Source: Candidatus Campbellbacteria bacterium
GTDB lineage: Bacteria; Patescibacteriota; Minisyncoccia; Phycocordibacterales; EsbW-18
NCBI GenBank assembly: GCA_045863475.1
Contig: BTUR01000004.1
Coordinates: 2,628-66,627, forward strand
Direction: 5' to 3'
DNA length: 64,000 bases
Part shown: piece after piece, positions 1 through 9,193 of the stretch
How the letters are laid out: each line of letters opens with the position of its first letter
How positions within the stretch are numbered: the stretch's first letter is position 1
The notes under the pieces: generated by a model
The model's database searches: none
Seen by the model: only the letters and a program-made list of their open reading frames with translations
Told to the model about the DNA's origin: nothing
Made by a program: the position numbers and the translations under genes

Positions 1-1469
1 GGGCAACCGTACACGCACTCGCACTCTCAAGTGATGGCGGAACGTTGTATCTTGGCGGAGAATTTGGCGCGGTCAACGGAGGTGGTGCCTTGAGGAACTA
101 TGTTGCGGCCGTCGACACGACAACGAGCCTCGCGACTGCGTTTGATCCTGATGCAGACGCACAGGTGCTTGCACTCGCGCTTTTGGAAGGTGACGGTACG
201 CTTTTCATGGCCGGAGATTTTACATCACTTGATGGTGGCGCGACTGTTCGCAACCGCATTGCGGCGTTCGATACGGCTGGCGCTGGTACTGTGACCGCCT
301 TCAACCCTGATGCTGATAATACGGTTCTAGATCTAGAGTTTGGCCCCGGAGAGACCACTATCTATGCCGGTGGGTCTTTCGCCAATATCGGTGGGGGAGC
401 ACGCAATGAATTTGCAGAGCTTGATGTAACGACAGGCTCGTCTACCCCACTTGATGGTCAGGTGATAAGTGGTGGTGGCTCTACTGTGTATGCAGTCGCA
501 CTCTCTTCGGATGAAAATACCATCTACCTCGGCGGCAGTTTCTCGGATGTGGGTGGTCAGTCACAATCTTTTTTCGGGGAGATAGATGCGACAACAGGCG
601 TCGCCACCGATTTCGACCCAGGGTTTAATCTACGGGTTAACGCGATCGCTGTTTCGACTACCACGACGCAGGTGTTTATTGGCGGCAACTTCTGGAACCA
701 CAGCCGCCAGACCGCCCCTGGTGACCCGATTGCAATCGATGTGTCAGACGCCGCTTTCGTTGACGCCTTCGAGGCTACTTTCAATGACGCGTCGATAGCG
801 CTTTCGTTGACATCAGATGACGAACTCTTGTATGTGGGTACCGAGGGAGTCGTCAGTGGACTGGAGACCGCGGACGGTGATGCGACCGCATTTCTGGATG
901 AAGACATATTCTTTGGGTCTGTCCTTGCCCTTAAACCGGACGATTCCGAACTCTATGTCGCGAGCTATGACCAGGACGACACAGGAGAAACGGAACTACT
1001 TGTTTTTGACGCTGGAGACGAAGGAGGAGATGACGAGGAAGAGGAGGAAGAGGAGGGTGGCGGTGGTAGCGGCGGCTCATCAAGTCATAGAAGGCCAGGC
1101 AGTTCCCAAACCAACATCATATTTATTCTCCTCTCCCGTTTGCAGGAATTGCTCAGAGAGATTGTTGCGCTGGGCGGTACGGTTCCGCCGGAGGCACTGC
1201 AGTACCTCAACATGCCGATTTCCAGGACGGACATCTACCTGAGAAATCTCACGGTTGGTGATGATGGTGGCGACGTCTTGGCACTCCAGAACTTTCTTAT
1301 TGCGCAGAACAAGGGGCCTGCGGCCCAAGCTCTTGCTGCCCATGGTGCGACCGGATACTTTGGTCCACTTACTCGCGCTGCGCTTGCTGAGTACCAGGCT
1401 GCGCTTAAAATCGACCCTGCTGTCGGATACTTCGGTCCCATCACCCGAGGGGTCATTGCCGGGCAATAA
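1..1469 (+). CDS. 5'-truncated secreted repeat protein: beta-propeller-like repeats (YxGGxF), acidic/Gly-rich linker, C-terminal peptidoglycan-binding-like domain
   Basis: The frame is open from the window edge; translating from base 3 gives ALALSSDGGTLYLGGEFG, continuing the repeat. Recurring 'TxIYxGGSF...DxTTG' repeats. The C-terminus, '...YFGPLTRAALAEYQAAL...YFGPITRGVIA', resembles PG_binding_1. Confidence 0.55.
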   Translation, partial: ATVHALALSSDGGTLYLGGEFGAVNGGGALRNYVAAVDTTTSLATAFDPDADAQVLALALLEGDGTLFMAGDFTSLDGGATVRNRIAAFDTAGAGTVTAFNPDADNTVLDLEFGPGETTIYAGGSFANIGGGARNEFAELDVTTGSSTPLDGQVISGGGSTVYAVALSSDENTIYLGGSFSDVGGQSQSFFGEIDATTGVATDFDPGFNLRVNAIAVSTTTTQVFIGGNFWNHSRQTAPGDPIAIDVSDAAFVDAFEATFNDASIALSLTSDDELLYVGTEGVVSGLETADGDATAFLDEDIFFGSVLALKPDDSELYVASYDQDDTGETELLVFDAGDEGGDDEEEEEEEGGGGSGGSSSHRRPGSSQTNIIFILLSRLQELLREIVALGGTVPPEALQYLNMPISRTDIYLRNLTVGDDGGDVLALQNFLIAQNKGPAAQALAAHGATGYFGPLTRAALAEYQAALKIDPAVGYFGPITRGVIAGQ

Positions 1470-1480
1470 CAGTTTGAGGA

Positions 1481-1517
1481 AAACAAAACTCCCCGCGCCG
1501 AAGCGCGGGGTTGTTGG
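1481..1517. terminator. GC hairpin (ccccgcgc-cgaa-gcgcgggg) flanked by A/T runs; bidirectional terminator between convergent genes
   Basis: A perfect 8-bp GC stem at 1491-1510 with A-rich 5' and T-containing 3' flanks. Confidence 0.55.
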
Positions 1518-1523
1518 TACGTA

Positions 1524-1979
1524 CTACCGCGCGGTGACAGGAAGTGGTAGGAGGGAATCTGCCACCATATCCACGAACCGCCTGATGAACTCGACGATGG
1601 ACACGTTGTACTCCCGACGGAAGAGGGCTGTGGTCTGAGCAGGGTTGGCAGGTCGTGACCACACCTGTTCCCACAATCCTTGTCCGCAGAAGTAGATTGG
1701 GCAGCCACCGCTCACGTCGCAGAGAAAGACCATCTTGCCGGCGGTTCCAAGAAGTTCTGCCGCCGCCTGGGCTTCTTCCGAGCGAAGAAATGCTTCCAGA
1801 TCTCGGATGTCTTCCTGAACATCCTCAGGCAGGTTGGAGTGGTGAAACAGCGGGCTGTTGGGATGCTGGATGCTATCCCTCCTCCCCTGATTTCCCGCGC
1901 ACCACATCCGCCACCTTTCCTCCACTTTCTTGACCAACTGTGCCTGCTGGGTCGCTTCCCGGACCTTTTCGATGTTCAT
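1524..1979 (-). CDS. hypothetical protein (about 151 aa from the internal Met with a GGAGG RBS)
   Basis: Long minus-strand ORF. A GGAGGCGAC motif precedes the ATG at 1979. No recognisable motifs. Confidence 0.4.
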   Translation of the reverse strand: MNIEKVREATQQAQLVKKVEERWRMWCAGNQGRRDSIQHPNSPLFHHSNLPEDVQEDIRDLEAFLRSEEAQAAAELLGTAGKMVFLCDVSGGCPIYFCGQGLWEQVWSRPANPAQTTALFRREYNVSIVEFIRRFVDMVADSLLPLPVTAR

Positions 1980-2086
1980 GTCGCCTCCTTGGTAGGTTGG
2001 GTCTGTGCCTTGTTTGTATACGCCCATTTGGCGCGGTGTGCAAGCTGTTGCACCGGCCTGTTATGCATGGTATTCTTCCATTCGCT

Positions 2087-2371
2087 ATGAAGGCAGATAC
2101 ACACCCGACATACTTTCCGAAGGCACACGTGAAGTGCGCATGCGGAAACACATTTTCAGTAGGTTCGACGAAGGAGCAGCTCGACGTCGAAGTGTGTTCA
2201 TCGTGCCATCCGTTCTACATCGGCGACGACAGCAAGAAAATTCTTGCCGGACGCCTTGAGAAGTTCAAGACACGCCAGACCGCAGCTTCTGCAAAACGCG
2301 AAGAGGCGAAGAAAGTCGCAACAACCAAAAAGACAAAGAAGGCGACCGCAGAAGAATCTTCGGAAAACTAA
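2087..2371 (+). CDS. rpmE: 50S ribosomal protein L31 (Zn-ribbon type) with a Lys-rich C-terminal tail
   Basis: MKADTHPTYF... with CxC...CSSCHPFY, a canonical L31 signature. The ORF-track start at 1940 is an upstream in-frame extension; ATG at 2087. Confidence 0.85.
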   Translation: MKADTHPTYFPKAHVKCACGNTFSVGSTKEQLDVEVCSSCHPFYIGDDSKKILAGRLEKFKTRQTAASAKREEAKKVATTKKTKKATAEESSEN

Positions 2372-2416
2372 CTACGTTGGAAGCACCCGACCGTTTCCTG
2401 GTCGGGTGCTTCTTCT

Positions 2417-3388
2417 TTGCATATGGAGCTTGACCTCGAACAACTCAAAAAGAATCCACGAACCGCATTCTATGCGGCTGAATTGGAGCGTCTTGCACTT
2501 GAGCGTAAAGATATCGAGCTGACGCTCGCGGCGGACCCGTCACTGCAGGATCTTGCACGGGAGGATTTACAGCAGATAGAAGCGTCAGAGCGTGCACTGA
2601 TTGAGCAGATACAGCATATGACGGCGGAGGAGAAAGCCGAAGAAGAATTCCCAAACGAGATTATTTTGGAAGTACGCGCCGGTGCCGGCGGCGAAGAAGC
2701 GGCGCTGTTTGCTGAAGAACTTGCACATATGTATGAGCGGTACGCCGAGAAGCGCGGCTGGAAGTGGACGATACTTGATGAAAGCCGTGCGGCGATGGAC
2801 GGCTACAAAGACGCGTCGTTTGAGATTCGCGGCAAGGGTGTTTATAAAGAACTTCGTTTTGAAACCGGCGTACACCGCGTGCAGCGTATCCCCGCGACGG
2901 AGAAGTCAGGCCGCGTGCACACCTCAACTGCGTCTGTCGTTATTTTGCCGGTGCGCACAAAACATACGCTTGAAATCAATCCGGCGGATATCGAAATGGA
3001 ATTCTCACGTGCTGGTGGTGCGGGCGGGCAGAACGTGAACAAGGTGGAAACGGCGGTTCGTCTCGTGCACAAACCCACGGGTCTTGCGGTCCGCTCTCAA
3101 GCGGAACGCAGTCAGCAGCGTAACCGTGAAAAGGCGATGGAAATGCTTTTGACGAAACTTGAGGCGCTTGAGGTGCAAAATGCCCAGGCGAGTCTCTCAA
3201 CAGAGCGTCTCTCACAGATAGGTACGGGCGACCGCTCGGAAAAAATCCGCACCTACAACTTTCCCCAGGACCGCGTGACCGACCACCGTATCAAGGAGAG
3301 CTGGTCAAATATCCCGGCAATTATGGAGGGAGGCATCGAGGATATCCTGGAAACCCTCGCACAGGCGTCTGAGAGGGCGGGGGCCTAA
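2417..3388 (+). CDS. prfA: peptide chain release factor 1
   Basis: GGQ motif ([24 protein letters not shown]) and the RF1-type PAT tripeptide ([14 protein letters not shown]). Confidence 0.9.
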   Translation: MHMELDLEQLKKNPRTAFYAAELERLALERKDIELTLAADPSLQDLAREDLQQIEASERALIEQIQHMTAEEKAEEEFPNEIILEVRAGAGGEEAALFAEELAHMYERYAEKRGWKWTILDESRAAMDGYKDASFEIRGKGVYKELRFETGVHRVQRIPATEKSGRVHTSTASVVILPVRTKHTLEINPADIEMEFSRAGGAGGQNVNKVETAVRLVHKPTGLAVRSQAERSQQRNREKAMEMLLTKLEALEVQNAQASLSTERLSQIGTGDRSEKIRTYNFPQDRVTDHRIKESWSNIPAIMEGGIEDILETLAQASERAGA

Positions 3389-3394
3389 AACCTT

Positions 3395-3504
3395 GCCCCG
3401 TTAGAGACAAAAAAAAGACAATGACCGTGGCACGTCATCATCACCTTACGCCGAATCAACTCTAAAAATAAGGATATTTCTATAGTCCTGTTCTCTAACG
3501 GGGC
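3395..3504. repeat. MITE-like element, copy 1: roughly 14-bp terminal inverted repeats (gccccgttagagac / gttctctaacggggc) around an 81-bp AT-rich core, upstream of rpsB
   Basis: Inverted repeat read directly in the sequence. The same IR core, cccgttagag / ctctaacggg, recurs at 33565-33683. Confidence 0.45.
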
Positions 3505-3569
3505 TTGCCTGAATCGCGGCTTTTTGCTATTCTCTACGAGGCCCACAAGGGCGCTTTTCTTTCATCAAC

Positions 3570-4364
3570 ATGACGACCACAGAAAACCAGAAATCAGTCG
3601 CAGACCTCTTTGCTGCAGGAGCGCACTATGCGTACCCGAAAGCGCGTCGGCACCCGAGCACGAAGAAGTTCATTTTCGGCACAAAAGGCCCTGTAGAGAT
3701 TTTCGATATTGAAAAAACAGCGGATGCGTTGACACGCGCCGTTGAGGCCGTGCAGAAAGTTGCCATGACAGGGAAGAAGGTGCTCTTCGTCGGCGGAAAG
3801 CGCGAGGCACAGAAGGCGGTTCGCAATCTCGCAACGGTTGCAGGCGCGCCGTTTGTTGCAGGACGCTGGGTTGGCGGAACGCTCTCCAATTTCGATATCA
3901 TCAAAAAGCGCGTCGAAAAACTCCTGACGCTTTCTGAAGAACGCGAGCAGGGAACGCTTACGAAGTACACCAAGAAGGAACGATTGCTTATTGATCGACA
4001 GATTAAGCGTCTTGAAGAAATGTTCGGCGGTATCAAAACGATGTCGCAGACTCCGGGCATGCTCGTTGTTGTTGATCCGAAGCACGAGAAAATCGCAATT
4101 GCAGAAGCGACGATGCTTAAGATTCCCATTGTTGCGCTCGCGAACTCCGACTGTGACATTTCAACCATCACGTACCCGATTCCGGGAAGTGATGCGAATG
4201 TTGCGGCAATTACGTACGTTCTTGAACAGCTCACCGGTGCGTATGCACGCGGTGCAGCAGAAGCCCCGAAGAAAACTATTACCATGGAGCGAAAGCCGCA
4301 GCACGAGGCGCACACAGGTGGACGCCGCCTTCCGCGCTCCCCGCGCCCTGCGTCTCGCGCATAA
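3570..4364 (+). CDS. rpsB: 30S ribosomal protein S2
   Basis: N-terminus LFAAGAHYAYPKARRHP...KKFIFG.KG...IFDIEKT and the central VLFVGGKREAQ region are typical of S2. Confidence 0.9.
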   Translation: MTTTENQKSVADLFAAGAHYAYPKARRHPSTKKFIFGTKGPVEIFDIEKTADALTRAVEAVQKVAMTGKKVLFVGGKREAQKAVRNLATVAGAPFVAGRWVGGTLSNFDIIKKRVEKLLTLSEEREQGTLTKYTKKERLLIDRQIKRLEEMFGGIKTMSQTPGMLVVVDPKHEKIAIAEATMLKIPIVALANSDCDISTITYPIPGSDANVAAITYVLEQLTGAYARGAAEAPKKTITMERKPQHEAHTGGRRLPRSPRPASRA

Positions 4365-4375
4365 TCTTTTTTGTT

Positions 4376-4840
4376 ATGTCAGTCAGTGTTTCTGATATCA
4401 AACAATTGCGCGACCAAACCGGTCTGCCGATGAACCAGTGCAAAGAGGCGCTCGAAGTGTCCGGCGGTGACGTTGAAAAGGCGCTTGAATTTTTGAAAGA
4501 AAAAGGCGCAGTGATTGCATCAAAAAAAGCGGGACGAAGCCTTGGATCAGGTTCAATTCAGGCGTACGTACACGGCCACGGTGGTGTTGCTGCACTCGCG
4601 GAGTTGCTCTGCGAGACGGACTTCGTTGCGCGTAATCCGGAATTCCAGACAGTCGCAAAAGATATCGCAATGCAGATTGCCGCGACCGACGATGCGGTAC
4701 TCGAACAGGGTGCAGATGAAATTCTCAAACAGCCTTTTTTCAAAAATCCTGAAGTGACGATTGCACAGCTTATCGAGAGCGCGGTGCAGAAATTCGGCGA
4801 GCGCACGGAGCTCGGCCGCTTCATTAAGTACACTATCTAA
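4376..4840 (+). CDS. tsf: elongation factor Ts, short form (154 aa)
   Basis: IKQLRDQTGLPMNQCKEALEVSGGDVEKALEFLKEKG (UBA-like N-terminus) and LAELLCETDFVARNPEFQ (EF-Ts core). Immediately downstream of rpsB, the usual rpsB-tsf order. Confidence 0.85.
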   Translation: MSVSVSDIKQLRDQTGLPMNQCKEALEVSGGDVEKALEFLKEKGAVIASKKAGRSLGSGSIQAYVHGHGGVAALAELLCETDFVARNPEFQTVAKDIAMQIAATDDAVLEQGADEILKQPFFKNPEVTIAQLIESAVQKFGERTELGRFIKYTI

Positions 4841-4881
4841 CACGCTGGCGCGGTCCCGCGTCACGTGTCATCATATTTATT

Positions 4882-5361
4882 ATGACCGTACTCGCGAGCA
4901 TGTTCGGTGGCTCCATACTCCTTATCTCCGCTTTTTTTGCATTCAAGGATTGGGAACGGGGACGCGGCAGGGAAACAGCGTTCTCCGCGCTTTTAAACCG
5001 GTATTCACCATCGGTAGAGCGCTTGTATCGCCGTGTTGTCGCCAAAATTGTTTTCTGGTTGATGGTAGCCGTCGCCACCGTCCGTGCGCTGTTTCGTTTT
5101 GGGTTTGTGCGTGCACTGACGCTTACCCGGGCTACGGTTGCGGTGCTCGGTGCGCACATGATTCATGTCGCACGTGGGGAGCATTTGATTGCAGAAGGAA
5201 AGATACCTTCCACATATTTTAAACTTCTCCATCGACACAAAGAGCGAATTAACGGTACGGATATCCCGAAAGGTATTATCCATCAGGGTATACCCCAGCG
5301 GGTGAAAGTGACGGTTGCCGAGGAAACTAGTAGCGCGACCGCTCCTGCGCAGGTAGAATAG
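4882..5361 (+). CDS. hypothetical membrane protein
   Basis: ORF with several hydrophobic helices and no known motif. Confidence 0.45.
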   Translation: MTVLASMFGGSILLISAFFAFKDWERGRGRETAFSALLNRYSPSVERLYRRVVAKIVFWLMVAVATVRALFRFGFVRALTLTRATVAVLGAHMIHVARGEHLIAEGKIPSTYFKLLHRHKERINGTDIPKGIIHQGIPQRVKVTVAEETSSATAPAQVE

Positions 5362-5370
5362 TCCTCGTAC

Positions 5371-5446
5371 GCCGCCTTAGCTCAGTCGGTAGAGCAACAC
5401 TTTTGTAAAGTGAAGGTCCCCAGTTCGAATCTGGGAGGCGGCTCCA
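5371..5446 (+). tRNA. tRNA-Thr (anticodon UGU), CCA encoded
   Basis: Manual cloverleaf. Acceptor gccgcct/aggcggc; D-arm gctc-agtcggta-gagc; anticodon stem cact/agtg with loop tTTGTaa; T-arm cccag-ttcgaat-ctggg; discriminator t; then cca. Confidence 0.85.
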
Positions 5447-5618
5447 AACAAGCCTGTCGGGAGAGAAGTGAGGTGCCGTGGCACGTCACTTCTTTTGTTA
5501 GTGAAGGTCCCCAGTTCGAATCTGGGAGGCGGCTCCAAACAAGCCTGTCGGGAGAGAAGTGAGGTGCCGTGGCACGTCACTTCTTTTGTTAGTGAAGGTC
5601 CCCAGTTCGAATCTGGGA
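5447..5618 (+). repeat. Two extra perfect tandem copies of an 85-bp unit: a 47-bp spacer containing a terminator-like hairpin, then the 38-nt 3' part of tRNA-Thr (anticodon-stem 3' strand to CCA)
   Basis: Unit aacaagcctgtcgggagagaagtgaggtgccgtggcacgtcacttcttttgtt + agtgaaggtccccagttcgaatctgggaggcggctcca is repeated at 5447-5531 and 5532-5618. The last copy ends ctcac. The spacer hairpin is agaagtgaggtgcc/ggcacgtcacttct followed by ttttgtt. Confidence 0.85.
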
Positions 5619-5683
5619 GGCGGCTCACAGAGATTAATTGAACAGCGCGTCCTTAGCTTGCCGGGACGCGTTTTTCTTCCCCT

Positions 5684-6442
5684 GTGCCAAAGACGGCACG
5701 GACAGGTATAATGATTTTTATGCAAGAACGAAAAGAATATCACCACCCGATGACCCAAGCGATACGCGATGCCGTGCGTATCTTCTCTAGTATGGGATTC
5801 TCCGTCGCCTCCGGTCCCGAGATTGAGGATGAGTGGCACAACTTTACCGCACTTAACGTTCCCAAAGATCACCCCGCGCGTGACATGCAGGACACGTTCT
5901 GGCTTCCCGACGGACGCGTATTGCGCACGCACACGTCTCCGGTGCAGGTTCGGTGGATGCAGACGCACGAGCCGCCAATTCGCGTTATTGTTCCGGGCAA
6001 AGTATTTCGCAACGAGGCAACCGACATGACGCACGAGGCGCAGTTCTACCAACTTGAAGGCCTTGTTATTTCAGAGGACACGACGCTCGCGCATCTCAAG
6101 GGAGTGCTCGAAAAGTTTTTTAAAGAATTTTTCCACGGAGAAGTTGAAGTTCGGCTTCGTCCGAGTTTCTTCGGATTCACCGAACCCTCTGTTGAGGTGG
6201 ACATGCGTCTTTCCGGCGAAGGGGCACCAGCGAAACTGCGCGACCGATGGATTGAGGTTATGGGCGCCGGCATGGTGCATCCGCACGTGCTCAATAATGC
6301 CGGTATTGATCCAAAGCGTTTCCAGGGATTTGCATTTGGTGGTGGTATTGAGCGCCTCTGCATGCTCCGCTGGGGGATTGATGATGTCCGCGTGTTCCAC
6401 GGAGGTGATATCAGGTTTCCGATGCAATTTCCCGCTGAATAA
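5684..6442 (+). CDS. pheS: phenylalanine--tRNA ligase alpha subunit, short form lacking the N-terminal extension
   Basis: Class II motifs: FTALNVPKDHPARDMQDTFWL, HTSPVQVRWM, FRNEATDMTHEAQFYQLEGLVI, FRPSFFGFTEPSVEVDM. The true start may be an internal Met (5711, 5720 or 5747). Confidence 0.85.
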   Translation: MPKTARTGIMIFMQERKEYHHPMTQAIRDAVRIFSSMGFSVASGPEIEDEWHNFTALNVPKDHPARDMQDTFWLPDGRVLRTHTSPVQVRWMQTHEPPIRVIVPGKVFRNEATDMTHEAQFYQLEGLVISEDTTLAHLKGVLEKFFKEFFHGEVEVRLRPSFFGFTEPSVEVDMRLSGEGAPAKLRDRWIEVMGAGMVHPHVLNNAGIDPKRFQGFAFGGGIERLCMLRWGIDDVRVFHGGDIRFPMQFPAE

Positions 6443-6444
6443 CT

Positions 6445-6729
6445 ATGAATCCCGATAGTGTAAAAAAGTTTTACTATGTGTATGTGCTCAAGAGTCGGAC
6501 AAATAATCAGTGGTATGTTGGCTATACATCTGATCTTCGAAAGAGATACATCGAGCATAGCCGCGGTAAGAGCACATACACAAAAAAACGCGGTCCGTAC
6601 GAATTAATATATTACGAAGCATACAGAAACGAGCAAGATGCAGTGTCACGAGAACAGCAACTTAAATCTGGGCAAGGGAAAATGTATCTACGCAGGAGAA
6701 TTAAAAGATTTTTAACACTATCGGGATGA
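6445..6729 (+). CDS. stand-alone GIY-YIG nuclease family protein (94 aa)
   Basis: YYVYVLKS...WYVGYTSDLRKRYIEH matches the GIY-YIG (URI domain) signature. Located between pheS and pheT with 4-bp overlaps on both sides. Confidence 0.7.
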   Translation: MNPDSVKKFYYVYVLKSRTNNQWYVGYTSDLRKRYIEHSRGKSTYTKKRGPYELIYYEAYRNEQDAVSREQQLKSGQGKMYLRRRIKRFLTLSG

Positions 6730-9149
6730 AAGTATCTCGCGCATGGCTCCAAACTTTTTTTGAAACACCACTTCCCGACGCGGGTGAACTTGAACGTGTC
6801 CTCACCTTCGGTGCATTTGAAGTTGAAGGTGTCGAGGAGAATGGTGAGGACAGTATTCTGGACGTGAAAGTGTTGCCAAATCGCGCGCATGACTGTTTGT
6901 GTCACCGCGGTATTGCAAAAGAACTCTCGGTACTGCTTGGGCTATCGCTGTCGCGTGATCCGCTTACGGAGGAGGTGCCGGCATTTGATTCTTTCGGTGA
7001 TGTCTCGGTTTCCGTTGAAAACACCTCCGCGTGTCCTGCGTACCATGCCGCACGCGTAAGCGGTGTGCGCGTCGGCCCGTCACCTGTGTGGCTTGTTAAG
7101 CGTCTTGCAAGCATCGGTCAGCGCTCCATCAATAACGTTGTGGATGCGACGAATCTCGTTATGAATGAACTGGGACAGCCACTGCACGCATTTGATGCCT
7201 CAAAGCTTGGTGGTGCAGACGGGAAGAAAATGATTGCGGTGCGCATGGCGCGCCCGGGCGAGTCGATAACCATCCTCGGAGGTGACAGCTACACGCTTGC
7301 GGATACGGTACAGCTTATTACCGATGCGGCGACGGACACACCTATTGCAATGGCGGGTATCAAGGGAGGAAGTGTTGCTGAGGTTGATGAGAATACAACC
7401 GACATTATTCTCGAGTCCGCGAAATTCCATCCGACGCTGACACGAAAAGCATCACAACTCCTGAAGTTGCGAACCGATGCGTCGTATCGTTTTGAAAATG
7501 AGATTCCGGATGAATTGCCGGCGTACGCGCTTTCCGAACTCATCACGCTCATTAAAGACATCGCCGGAGGCGAGCTTTCCGGATATGCGGGCGTTGTGCG
7601 CCCACGCGCCTCACTGCCGTACAAAATCGGCATCTCATCGCGTGAGGCCAACAAACTTCTCGGTACAGACCTTTCAGACAGTGACATGGAAAAGATTCTT
7701 ACTCGGTACGGTTTTGCATATGAAATGATAGAGGACCCGAGAGTGCGGATTGTGGGGCGCGCGAAGAGTGTTATTGGCGCTCCGTACAAACGCCTGGCGC
7801 GCATCCGCTTCGACACTCCCAAGAGTTTCAACTGCTCATCACTGTCGGCATGGTGTGCGATTGAGGCAGGGTGTTCATTTGGCGTTGCACGTATCGCGAT
7901 TGACCAGTTCGCGTATCTTGATCCTGTTGATGAAAAAAAATTGGCACCCGGTGACTTGGTGTTTACAAATACCGGAGAGGTTCGCACGATGGGGGGTGAG
8001 ATGTATTCAAATGTGCTGGACACGATGGTTCAGGATGAGGCAATTCGCACAAAGACATTGGAATTTTTGCCGGGGACAGATATCGGCCACGGTGTTGATC
8101 ACGTCGGCATCTACACAGGCGACGGAAAGGTTATACATACATCTTCAAAAACAGGGACGGTTGCCGAAGAGGTGCTCTCAGAGAGTCCGACGTTTGCACA
8201 CGAGAAATGGTACCGACGCATCGTCACAGAGGACGAGGTGCGGTTTTCAGTAACAGTTCCGTTTTCACGTCTTGATATGCGCTTGCCCGCCGACCTGATT
8301 GAAGAAATCGGCCGCGCGTACGGGTATGAGAATATTGCCGCACGTGAATTGCCCGCTCCTACCACATCGCCTGAACAGAATAATCTCTGGTGTGCCTCTG
8401 AGACGGTTCGCCGTGCGCTTGCTGGTCTCGGATTTATTGAGGTGTACTCGTATACATTGCGGGAAAACGGGGCGGTGAAACTCGTTAATGCACTTGCGGA
8501 AGATAAAGCATTCATTCGCAGCTCGCTTGTTCCCGGTGTCGTCGAGGCTCTTGAAAAAGGAGAATACCACGCGCCATTTTTGGGACTCACTGAGGTGTTG
8601 GTGTTTGAAATCGGCAATGTGTTTGATGAAAAGAATGAGCACCTGCACGTGTGTATCGGTGCCCGGCCGCTTGCGAGTGCAAAACGCAGTGAGAAGGCAA
8701 ATGCAAAACTCCTGGAAGCGAAAGAGACACTGGAGAAGGCGCTTGGTGTTCACCTCGATGAACAGGTGGGTGAAGAGACGCTTGCGTTCAATCTCAGTTC
8801 CGCCATTGAAGGCAAAACATATGCGTGTCCGGAGTTTTCTCCCGTTGTAGAGTCAGCAGCGTATATTCCACCGTCCTCGTACCCGTTTATGTTGCGCGAC
8901 ATCGCCGTGTGGGTTCCTGACGGGGAGGGAAGCGGGGATGACATTGTCTCTGTGGTGCGAGAGCATGCGGGAAATTTGTTTGCTCGCGCTGATGTGTTTG
9001 ATACGTTTTCAAAGGAAGGAAAGACCTCGTATGCGTACCATCTTGTATTTCAATCGCATGAAAAGACACTCACGGATGCGGAGGTAAACGAAATCATGCA
9101 AAAGGTGACGGATAGCCTTAACGGACGCACGGGTTGGCAAGTTCGTTAA
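6726..9149 (+). CDS. pheT: phenylalanine--tRNA ligase beta subunit carrying a roughly 170-aa NlpC/P60-like (papain-fold) insertion within or after the B5 domain
   Basis: The N-terminus MKVSRAWLQTFFETPLPDAGELERVLTFGAFEVEGVE, B3/4 and B5 regions, VTVPFSRLDMRLPADLIEEIGRAYGYENI, and the C-terminal FDX-ACB-like end are all PheT. The insertion (FNCSSLSAWC...PGDLVF...HVGIYTGDGKVIHTSS) has Cys and His motifs in NlpC/P60 order. Confidence 0.9.
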   Translation: MKVSRAWLQTFFETPLPDAGELERVLTFGAFEVEGVEENGEDSILDVKVLPNRAHDCLCHRGIAKELSVLLGLSLSRDPLTEEVPAFDSFGDVSVSVENTSACPAYHAARVSGVRVGPSPVWLVKRLASIGQRSINNVVDATNLVMNELGQPLHAFDASKLGGADGKKMIAVRMARPGESITILGGDSYTLADTVQLITDAATDTPIAMAGIKGGSVAEVDENTTDIILESAKFHPTLTRKASQLLKLRTDASYRFENEIPDELPAYALSELITLIKDIAGGELSGYAGVVRPRASLPYKIGISSREANKLLGTDLSDSDMEKILTRYGFAYEMIEDPRVRIVGRAKSVIGAPYKRLARIRFDTPKSFNCSSLSAWCAIEAGCSFGVARIAIDQFAYLDPVDEKKLAPGDLVFTNTGEVRTMGGEMYSNVLDTMVQDEAIRTKTLEFLPGTDIGHGVDHVGIYTGDGKVIHTSSKTGTVAEEVLSESPTFAHEKWYRRIVTEDEVRFSVTVPFSRLDMRLPADLIEEIGRAYGYENIAARELPAPTTSPEQNNLWCASETVRRALAGLGFIEVYSYTLRENGAVKLVNALAEDKAFIRSSLVPGVVEALEKGEYHAPFLGLTEVLVFEIGNVFDEKNEHLHVCIGARPLASAKRSEKANAKLLEAKETLEKALGVHLDEQVGEETLAFNLSSAIEGKTYACPEFSPVVESAAYIPPSSYPFMLRDIAVWVPDGEGSGDDIVSVVREHAGNLFARADVFDTFSKEGKTSYAYHLVFQSHEKTLTDAEVNEIMQKVTDSLNGRTGWQVR

Positions 9150-9193
9150 ATGCGAAAGCGGCGCAGAGAGGATCTCTGCGCCGCGGGGTTTCT

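Noticed and set aside
5447-5618. Regular repeat/spacer periodicity (38-nt repeat, 47-nt spacer) that superficially resembles a CRISPR array
   Set aside because: The spacers are identical to each other and the repeat is the 3' half of the adjacent tRNA-Thr. This is a tandem duplication, not a CRISPR array. No cas genes are present.
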